Both the position numbers and the translations under genes were made by a program. From NCBI GenBank assembly GCA_036172245.1, contig JAYWIR010000048.1, positions 1,302,001 through 1,335,139 on the forward strand: DNA of 33,139 nucleotides, read 5' to 3'. Of this stretch, positions 24,243-33,139 are shown in pieces; the first letter of the stretch is position 1, and the number at the start of each line of letters is the position of its first letter. This DNA is from Raillietiella orientalis. Taxonomy: Eukaryota. Below the pieces are notes generated by a model, which was given only the letters and a program-made list of their open reading frames with translations, had not been told where the DNA came from and made no database searches.

Positions 24243-26323
24243 ATGGGAGCAAGGAAGAACATCAGCCGCAAGAAGGGAACGCCACCTGCTCCTGAGATGG
24301 CTGCTTCGGCTGCTAGCAAAGAGCCTCTGTCCTCGCCGACGGCGAGGACATTCGCTCAGGTCGCTGCCCTCGCGGCTACGATGGGACCTTCGCCCGACAG
24401 CCCTGAGCTTCAGGCGTATGTAGCAAATGGCTACACGCCTGCACTCAGATATAAGGTAAGTGTCCTCATGCCTGAGCGGGTTGGGCGCGAGTTTGGCCAG
24501 GAAGTCCAACGGATTGGAGTTCAAAAAGGCCAACTGGAGTCCATCATGCTCAAGAGTGGGTTCGGCTAAGTGGAGGTGTCCAGTAAGGACGCTCTCCTTA
24601 CGCAGCGTTTGCTGCACACGCCGCTGCTCATTCGTGGGCAGGAAATACTGCCTGTCACAACGGACCAGTCGTTCGTTGTCCGGCTCAGTGGAGTGTGTAA
24701 GGGCCTTTCGGACCTCCAGGTCGTGGAGGCCCTTGAAAAATACGCTACCGTCCACGCGCTTTGGAGGCTGCCAAACCCTGCTGAAGGGTTCGAAGACCAC
24801 CACAGCGGGCTCGCGCAAGTGCGAGTGACGATGACGGATCGCCGTGCAATGCCCACGCGACTGCAGGTGGATGGAATGACCGTCCGCCTGTGGTTTGCCG
24901 GGCAAACGCGTGTATGCGCGGAATGCGGGCAGGAGGGTCACTGCATTACGAAGTGTCCCTCGGCCACTTGTCGTTCCTGCCACGAGCACGGGCACACTAA
25001 AGGAACGTGCCCGGAGCTCCTCTTAAAAAACGAAAAGCGCAGGAACGAATCGCGTTCCGCATCGCGGAATAATCGCCGCGAATCGAGAGAAAGAAACATC
25101 AAAGCTCCGAAAAGCGTTGCGAAAACCGCGACCACGCACGTGCAGAAAACTGTTTCTCGCCCCCACAAAGAAGGGGTGAAAAAAAAAAAAAAAACCCGTC
25201 GCGGCAAAGCCTCCGGCTATCGACCCGAAGGAAGCTCGCGAAGAATGCGACCTTTCTACGAGACCTCACAGCCAATTGTTGAATGCAGGAGACATTGTGC
25301 CGATGGTCAAAAAGCCTCCTACTGTCGGCATCACGACCGCGAAGCCTCGTACCAAGGCCTCCACGAGCGGCGCGGAATGCGGTCGTTCGCCCGATACGGG
25401 AAAAACGCGCCCGCGGGCAAAGAACACCGCGCCGTCTGAAGCTACCGCGGCCAAGGTGCCCCAGGCGCCGAGTGCCGCGAAGAAACAGACGGCAAACCCG
25501 CAGTCCTCGCGCGCGGACGCAGCGCCTACTGCGGCCAAGGAAGAAACTGCTAGGGCGAGCACAACCGCTACAGCAGTGTCCCCAACGGTCCCAACGGCAA
25601 CGCGCGAACCCTCCGATCTGGAAGAGGCAGCGCCTCTCGCGATCGCTAAAAAAGTTGCTTACGCCTGCGTGGAGGCAGCACTCCAAGAGGCAGCCAAGGC
25701 AACGCCTCTTACATCCGTGGAAACAGCGCCATCTCAGGATGGCAAAGATAACTGCGACGCGAAGGAAGACGGATGGATGCAGGTGAGAAAGATCATTAGA
25801 AAGAAACCATCAAGGTCTTCGCAGCTCTGTGTGAAGGTGAGTGGGCGAAAGAAGCCCGCGAAACCTTTCCAGAAAAAGATTGCGATTCTTTCCTCCTGCG
25901 CAGTCGTCCTCGCGGATGGAGCGGGAAGCTGCTGCTGCGGCTAAAAGGACGGAAGTCCCAGCCGCAGTTGCATAAAGCTCTAGGAAACAGGCAGACAACG
26001 ATTTCCCTAATTCCGGGAAACAGCAGCAGCGCCTGGCAAGCCCTCGACTGTCGGATTCTGATCCAGAGTCCGACAGAAAGAGCACACAGCGCGACAACCG
26101 CCCGAAACCGCGCAATCGCCTCCCGAAGACCCGCTAGCGCGTGGTTGCCGAGGAGGAACTGCTGCTGGGGAGCAAAGAGGAGGGAAAGGACCTCACCTCT
26201 GAACTACCGGCAACAAACAGTGGGGCTTCGAATGGAGATTTTTAGTCTCCGAGATCGACCGCTCTGTCTCGTGACCACTCGCCGGACAAGGCGAGAAATC
26301 CGTGCTCACCTTCCCAGCCTTAA
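24243..26323 (+). pseudogene. ORF1 of copy F (nucleic-acid-binding protein), disrupted
   Basis: ATG 24243; TAA at 24567; CAECGQEGHCITKC and CRSCHEHGHTKGTC; frameshift at the A16 run 25179-25194 plus later lesions; C-terminus DHSPDKARNPCSPSQP* aligns with copy G DFSPDGARSTPSCTQQ*. Confidence 0.9.
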
Positions 26324-29085
26324 TGCAGGAAGTCACCTCTTCTCGTCGATTCAGCATAGCCTGTTGGAACGTCAATGGGCTGCGCAGGGACGGAAAGAGG
26401 CGCGGCGTGTTAGGCCCCCTGCAACATTTCGAGTTAACGATCCTTCAGGAGATGCAGTACATCTCCGATGCGGAGGTAGCGGAAATCGAACAGCGCGCGG
26501 GTGGCACCTTGTACTGGCGAAAAGGTACTGCACAATCGTGCGGAGTCGGTTTTCTCGTCAATAGTAGGATGGCAAGAGCGGTGCGCAGCGTTCGATTCGA
26601 CCAGGTAGGGCGAATGGGCCAACTTGTACTCAAGTGGTCAGATTCAATCGACCTCGTCGTAACGAACGTCTACGCGCCGAGCGGCTTTCATCGGCGTGTC
26701 GAAAGAATCGAGTTCTTCGACGTGCTGGAGAGCCAATGGCTGAGAAACTCCGGAGCAAGAGTGGCGCATCTCGTCGCAGGGGACTTCAACGTCCACCTGC
26801 TTTCCGACGAGACGCGTTCCCTGGCGGAACGGTCGCGGGTGGAAGAGGCATGCGCGTCGGTGCATGCGCGTAACTTGGAAGCCGGCGAGCCTGGACTGGA
26901 AAGGTGCGTGGATCACCTCTACCTCGATGAACACCTACTCTCCCGAGTGGGAAGGAGAGGCAGGGTGCCGTCCACGTTATCGCACCATGATAGGCTGGAG
27001 TTCGAGCTACTCCCGCCTGGCAAGGGACCTCCAAACAATGTTAGGAGGATGCCGGCGGATTGGCTGAGTCATCCGAAAGCAGCGGAGCATCTTTGCCAGT
27101 TCCTTCGCGGTTTTGCCATCCGGGAACTCAAAGACTGGGACCATCTTAAGAGATCGGTTCGCGAGTTTTGCGACCGGTTCCTCCTGCACCTGCTACCACG
27201 CAAATTCGGGGAAGGCGTGGCCAATAGCAGAGCATTTCTGCAGGCGCGCACCTTCTCGAGACGTGCGGAAGTCCGGCAACTCGCAGAGTACAAGGCGAGG
27301 GCCGAGCGCCACGTCTGGCAGTCTGGAGCGGCTATTCTGCTCGACGACCAAGGCCGGGAATGCACGGCTCCTGCCAAAGTGCGGCGAGCACTAAAGCGTC
27401 ACTTCTCCTTGCTCTACGCTAATTCCCCGACGGAAAGAGTCCTCTCCGAACTACTTTTGCCGCGGGCTGCACATGGCATCGGCGAGGAGGAACGCGATCG
27501 TCTCGACGAGCCCTTCACATTGGAGGAAGTTTCTTCCGCCATCGCAGGACTCAAGAGACGGAAGACGCCAGGTGAGGACGGACTGCCCGCGGAGTTCTAT
27601 CACAGCTTCGCGGCGGAACTCGCCCCACTGGTGCTTAGAATCTCGACGCTGATGAGGGTGACAGGCGATGTCCCTTCTTCCTTCCGCTCAGCGAGGGTGC
27701 GTCTCCTTCCGAAAGGAGAAGATCTGCGCCAACTCAACAGCTGGCGTCCGATCACATTAGTGAATACGGACGTCAAGTTGTTTTCGAAGCTGTGGGTCAC
27801 GCGCTTAGGGAAAGTCGCGGAGTCCGTGGTAAGCCCGGAGCAGTCTTACGCTGTACCGGGTAGATCCATGGATGCGAACCTTCTTTTCGCGCGCACCTGG
27901 TGGCAGCTTCAAGAGCGCGTTGCGGCGGATAGCCGAACAGCGGCAAGACCTTCTGCCGACTGCGTGAGCCAGTGCGGACGGATGGAAGAAAGGCCGGGAG
28001 CCTTAGCACTAGCAGTAGATTTGCACAAAGCATTCGACTGCGTAAACCAGGAACTCCTCTTGGAGCTCCTGGAGCGTCTTGGGCTTCCGAATCATCTTCT
28101 CCTGTATTTGCGCTCCTGCTGGCGCCACGCGATTATCAACTTGTATTTCAGTGGCTCCCGCGTGTACGGAGTGGCCGTGCGCAGAGTCATCAGACAGGGC
28201 GACAGCTTAAGCCCGTTGCTCTTCAGCATCTACTTTGAGTTAGTGCTAAAAGCGTACAGGCTGACGCTGGCCGTCCTGCCCAGCGCCTGTCCGTGCACTC
28301 CGTCCGCGGCAGCATACGCCGACGACCTTCTGCTTCTGTTGCCCATGTCTACTCCGCCGGACTCGGTCCAAGACTTCTTCGAGCTGATCCGTCGTGTAGC
28401 GGACATGAGCGTTAACAGGGCGAAGTGCTTCGTCGTGCCGGTGGGTGCCTCGTGGGAGGGACAAACCGACTGGATCCGCCTGGGGATCCCCACGGTCAGG
28501 TACTTCAAGTACCTAGGCGTACCGTTGGGCGACTTCTGCTCGTCTGAATCGTGGTCGGCCTGTCTTCAGAAGGCAGAGATGGCTCTAGGCCCGTTCCTGG
28601 AAGGCAAGTTCGTCTTGCCGGAAAGGGCGTGCATATGGAACACTTTTCTTGCCCCCCGCCTCCGCCCCTTATTTTTTGTTTGCCCGCCTCCCTATGTGGT
28701 TAAACTCCGGCCGCAGCGTCTCCTACGTAAGGTCTTGTGGGGCGCTGCGCGATCCAGGGTTCGCCTCAAAGATTTGGTGGCGCCATGCCAGGACGCAGGC
28801 CTGGGCATCCTGACCATCCAGAAGATTGGACTGCAAGTGCAGTTCCGGCTTCTATCCCTATGTGGGAAATTGTGGTCTAGTCACTGGTGTGCTCCGGCTC
28901 GCCATATTCTCCAGCGATGTGTCGGCAGTGCAGGATTGCTTTCGTTGCTGCCGCGCAACCTTCGCCGGAGAACTGGATTTGGCTACCCACTGAGGCACTT
29001 GTCCTCGTTGCTGTTAGCTCATTCCTGGATTTCCTGCCGCCCCTCCAATTGGAATGCTTGGCAGCAGGAAGCTCTGGAGCACCGG
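26323..29085 (+). CDS. ORF2 of copy F: APE endonuclease plus reverse transcriptase; open for about 920 codons but 3'-truncated and probably inactive
   Basis: EN motifs WNVNG, LQE, NVYAP, GDFN, DH, and SHH (SDH in copies G and H). RT motifs PGEDG, WRPI, DLHKAFD, RQGDSLSPLLF, YADD (28315-28326), KYLGV. Homology stops after WQQEAL. Confidence 0.93.
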
Positions 29086-29087
29086 AC

Positions 29088-31255
29088 GTCCACTTTGACT
29101 ACGCGGTGTACTTCATCTGCAGCCGAGCATTCCTGGCCAGCGTCATTGAGCAGACAAGCCGCTCCAGACTGCCAAACCTGGCGCTCGGCTCTGGCCTTGT
29201 ACTCCGCCAGACGCCGGACGTCCGGGCATCGGGAGAAGGTACGCGCCTGCAGATAGAATCTGCTGTTCGCGACACCCTCCCCGAAGCCGCTGGGAAGCAG
29301 GTGCAAGGGGAATCGGCAGCAGAACTCGCGGACCGATTTTTTCAGATCGTATCAGTCCTCGAGTTCACGGATGGCGAAGCCCCGGAGGTGTTGGCGAAGA
29401 TACTCCGCCGTTTCCGAATTGCTAATCCAGTCGGCCGGCAACCTCCAGACATTCATAGGAGGCCCTTTGCCAGGCGGGAGGAGCTCGAACTCCAGTCTCG
29501 GATGATCCGAAATCGCGGACAGCAGGCGCCCTCTCCGACCTACTCGTGAGAGCAGGTGTTCATCGAGGAACGCATGGTCCGGCGATCTCTCCATCCCGGG
29601 CTCACCAGCAAGCAAGTTTTGCACGCGCACGGACGCGCATACCTCGCTCACCAGTTGCTTCTCCCTCAAGCGGCATCTCTCCTCTGTTAGCAGGTGGACG
29701 TTGAAGTCTCCTGCAAGGAGGTGCGCCACGTTAGGGCCAGAGTCAGCGAGCCAGCGGCTGCGCAGGCCACCCAGGAATGCAAGTCGCTGAACGTAATGCC
29801 GGCCGCCGCTCGGCGCGTAGATGTTCGTAACGACCAGGTCGATCGATTCGGACCACTTGAGGACAAGTTGGCCCACACGACCTTCCTCGTCGAAACAAAC
29901 GTTCCGCACCGCCTCCGCCACCCTGCCTCGGACGAGGAACGCGACTCCGCACGTGTGCGCGGAGCCTTGCCGCCTGTGTACCGTCCCGCCCGCGCGCTCT
30001 TCCAGATCCGATGCCTGCCGTACGGAGATGCTATGTATCTCCTGCAGCAGCACCAGATCGATGCGCGCAAAGCGTTGGCTACCGTCCGCCTTTTGTCAGC
30101 ATCACGCAGCCCGTTGACATTCCAACAGGCCACGCTGACGCGAAGAGCGGACGCGAGTCCACGCATCACTGCTGCGTACATGACGGCGTGCTCCTCGCCC
30201 CGTCCGGCGAGAAGTCAGCTGGTAGGAGAGCGCATTGGGAAGCGGAATCGCTCCCGTTCGCCGCCACATCGCGCCCAGCTGAGTCCTGGGAGCCGAGGAT
30301 GATCGCCTCGGTCTCCGTGCAGGAGCCGGAACCGCCTCCGGCAACAGGCTCGTGCTTTCGCACTTTAGCCCGGCGCGCTACCGGCTTACCCCGGGATGCG
30401 CGCTCCATTTGTTTGCACTCGGACTCCACCTCGGAATCCGGGTGCCTGGCGCGAGACTGGCGTTTTGCCAGTCTCTTTTTGTTTCGGCAGGTGGAGACTT
30501 GCCCTGCCCGCGCGGGGGTCGTCGCAGTCGCCAACGCAGCTTCCGGAGCTTTGGCTTCCGCAGCCGCCCTCTCGCGCGAAGCGACGGAGACAGAGCACGC
30601 AGCCGTAGTGCGTACCTGGGTACGCACCTTCTTCGGCGTGCTTCTCTTTTGCCTCCCACCCACCTTAAGGATGGGGAATATTGAAGAGTCAACCTTCTTC
30701 TTCCCCTTTGTGGGCGTCCTGGAGACGCGAGTCCAGCCCGCGTCGGGGACGCCCTCCTGGGAGGCCGACGCCTCCCTCAATTGTTTGGCCGGAGATGCCG
30801 GCTCACGTTTCTCGCTCGCGGCGGGAGACGGCTCCGTCCCCGTTACGCACTGCACCTGCTCCTTAGCCGATGCGGGCGAAACGGCGGTCATTGCCGTCGT
30901 CCCGCGAGGCGCTATTGCAGCCTTCGCTGCTCGTGCCTTCGGCGTGGAAGACGTGATCTCCACCGCCGTAGGAGGAGACTGCCGTTCAGAGGCAGCTCCG
31001 GGGGTACCCGCGCACGGTTTCCTGTGTGCTCCGCTGGACGCGCAAGCGGACGCGGACGGTTCAGCAGCCTTGATTGAGTGCGTGCCCGCACTCTTAGGCT
31101 GCTTCGAAGGGGGCGATTTACCCCCAGGGCGACGTGGCATCTTTCCCGTCTGCGCGGCTGTCTGGGATGGTGGCTTCCCTGAAGCAACCGCGCCCTTTCT
31201 CGCGGGACCGCCACTCAAAGATGCCCCGCCTTTCGCGCTTGATTTCACACTACTA
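29088..31255 (-). mobile_element. Copy G: ORF1 C-terminal half plus ORF2 endonuclease and linker; frameshifted
   Basis: Ala/Ser/Lys-rich ORF1 tail ending at 30166; ORF2 MRGLASALRVSVACWNVNG from 30166; LQE, NIYAP, GDFN, SDH; ends at LLNDAGQECSAADEVHRVVK. Confidence 0.94.
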
Positions 31256-33139
31256 TAAAAAAAATAAAAGAAAAATATGGAGAGTAGGGGACAGATGTCT
31301 TTGGTAAGTCTGTTCCTTCCTTTCAAAACCGGCGATGGATGCCGGCGATCTCTCTCCTTACGCCCTGTGGCAGATGGGCCCACTAAGCAGCCGACGACAT
31401 GCTTGTGCTGGCTAATCCGATGGGCTGACGGAGGATGGCCAGCTTCTCTATCTCTCGATGGGCCTTGTCGATGGCGCGGGTGCAACACACGGTTGCAACG
31501 ACAGCACCCAATGACAGGCCGCCTGGCGTGAAGAAGCGGCGCATCAAGTCCCTCGCGGTGTCCCCCTGGTGCAAAAGAGCTGAGGCCAGCCTCCGCCAGA
31601 GTCCTGGAAGGGCACCGCAGTCCAGGAGCAGGTGCGGGAGCGTTTCCACTTCCCCGCACCGCTTACAGTTTGGGGAGACGACTCCCCCGGAAACACGGTT
31701 CGTCAGCTGGTTGGAGTGAAAACCCCAATGCACCAGCATGACGACGTCCTGCTTCCACGAAAGGGGGAACACAGAAGTGTTCAAGCAGGAGGAAGGAACC
31801 ACAAGTTCTTCGGGGGGCACACTCAAGTGTTCGCTCCACCGAAGGAGTCCCTTCGGAACGTGGCGAGGTGTGGCGGCGTCCGCCAGCTCGCAAGTCTTTC
31901 AGCCGCCAATAGGTCGCGTTGTTCCTGCGATGGGGCAGGCGACCTCTCATCTCGCCGGTTCGCAACTGTCATCTCTTGCCCTGAGGGCTGACAGTGCGTC
32001 GGCGAGGGGGGTGACGGCCAGGCGGGTCCACTTCTCCTGGCTGTTGCACACCTCATCCACCGTGCAGTACGGAGAGAGGTGAGCGCAACGGAGTTCCAAT
32101 AGGGAAACATCCTGGTGCTTTGCCCAGCCATGCAACGGTTCCTGCCGCCAGGCTTCAAAGTTCGTTGGGCGGCAGGAGATCCATTCCTGGGCTTCCAGGA
32201 GCCGGTACAGCGGTTTCAAGGGGAAACCGAAGCTTCTCGTGGCGCGCTCCGTGTGCGGCAGTAGCGACAGAAGTCCATCGTTGCCTGTGCAGCGCCGCAG
32301 AAGCAGGCGCGCGGGAGCGCACCACGGAGTGGACCAAAGGTTGGCGCACAGGGCCAACATCCGAAGCTGCACCTGCAGCTCGATTCTCTCCAGCGTCAGG
32401 ATGCCTAAGCCAGCATCCCGACGCGGAGCCGCCAAGTCTTTAAGGCGGATCCTGGACCTCGCAGGTCCCCACAGAGCGTTCCTCAACAGGCTGTGCGCCT
32501 GGAGCTTAGCCGAGTAGGGGGGCGGGCAAACGAAAAGCTGGAGGCGCAAGAGGGGGGCAACGGAGGTGTTCCATATCGTGGCCCGCTCCGTCAGGACGAA
32601 CCTGCCATGGTCGCAGAACTCCTGGATCGACCGCTTGAAGCGGTCCCAGTCCTGAAGTGTCTGCATCCTGAAGCTCCAAATAAACGCGCGGAGGTGTTCC
32701 GCCGCGTCGGGAAACTTCAGCCAGTACCCTGGCAGACGCCACGCTGACGAGGGGGGGACCTTGTCGCGCGGACGCACTTCGAACATGATCCGACCATGGT
32801 CCGACAGCTCGGATGGTACCTTGCCGCGCCTGCCCACCCGAGAGCATAGGTGCTGATCAATTTACACGTGATCGATGCTGCTTTCCATGGCCGTGTACCC
32901 GGCCAACAAGTTGCGCGTGTTCATTTCTGCGTACAACTCGTTGACGCGGTCGTTCAGTGAATCCGGCGCACGTGAAAGCAGGCGCAGGTTGAAATCACCT
33001 GCGATCAGGTGCGCTTTGCGAACTCCTGCATCGGTCAGCCAATCGCGTATAAGGGCAAGGTAGAATTCCCTTCTTGCCTTCGCCCTCAACGCGTTGTTTT
33101 CGCTAGGAGCGTATAGGTTGGTGACGACCAGGTCGATAG
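31256..33139 (-). mobile_element. Copy H: ORF2 with endonuclease joined to the post-RT region (RT deleted) and a partial 3' UTR; runs off the window
   Basis: NLYAP, GDFN, IDH, SDH, then QEFCD|HGRFVLTERA junction at about 32608, CKRCGEVETLPHLLLDC, and the IHRRF* end at 31323 as in copy E. Confidence 0.94.

Larger units (their letters stand above)
24161..29085 (+). mobile_element. Copy F: near full-length L1/Tx1-like LINE lacking about 1 kb of its 3' end
   Basis: Short 5' UTR, ORF1 with RRM-like domain and two CCHC knuckles, ORF2 with APE endonuclease and RT. This domain order is typical of the L1/Tx1 group; the clade call needs an RT phylogeny. Confidence 0.95.

Noticed and set aside
26302..29256. 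984-aa ORF as an intact, active ORF2
   Set aside because: The last about 57 codons are antisense copy G sequence, the C-terminal CCHC domain is missing, and conserved residues are altered (SDH to SHH, RRGIRQG to RRVIRQG).
22153..31258. Long opposite-strand ORFs (22153-23112, most of 23799-24995, 30011-31258)
   Set aside because: Antisense shadows of GC-rich LINE coding sequence with no independent motifs.
30166..31659. 497-aa ORF as a novel gene
   Set aside because: Chimeric frame: off-frame copy H sequence and UTR fused by the 31255 junction to the ORF1 tail of G.
959..32864. Alternative genetic code or readthrough: in-frame TAA/TAG fall on homologous Tyr positions in A (about 960), F (24567) and H (32862)
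   Set aside because: Other stops replace Leu, Gln or Trp, positions differ between copies, frameshifts co-occur, and TAY to TAR is a single substitution. Ordinary decay explains it.
16885..33139. RIP or methylation-driven hypermutation of the repeats
   Set aside because: Copies remain GC- and CpG-rich and F ORF2 is open for about 920 codons; no such bias is evident by eye (not quantified).
1..33139. CRISPR array, retron, group II intron, DGR or LTR element
   Set aside because: No spaced repeats, LTRs, integrase or protease were seen; the RT follows an APE endonuclease, which defines a non-LTR retrotransposon. No tRNA or rRNA was recognised and no convincing TSD pair was found.

Overview
Eukaryotic, repeat-dense window with no intact host gene; the organism cannot be identified from the sequence. 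The right half (about 16.9-33.1 kb) is a continuous nest of nine pieces of one L1/Tx1-like non-LTR retrotransposon lineage, labelled X, Y, Z, C, D, E, F, G, H from left to right. ORF1 carries an RRM-like domain, two CCHC knuckles and a disordered tail; ORF2 carries an APE endonuclease, RT and a C-terminal CCHC finger. Two further relics lie at about 0.1-1.2 kb (A) and 10.05-11.6 kb (B). Comparing copies by eye shows several family traits: (1) an overlapping ORF1-stop/ORF2-start (TAATG, TGATG); (2) a conserved 3'-terminal hairpin; (3) a CGGACGTG motif at the 5' end; (4) an endonuclease lacking the usual target-reading hairpin segment; (5) a short EN-RT linker and an insertion in RT. The nest alternates in orientation from Y to G. 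Copy B appears to be ORF1-only and copy H lacks RT. The left half (1.2-16.8 kb) is heavily decayed coding-like DNA: a probable protein kinase, a possible RBR E3 ligase and about four paralogous fragments of an unidentified family. All boundaries were set by manual comparison and are approximate; no database search was run.
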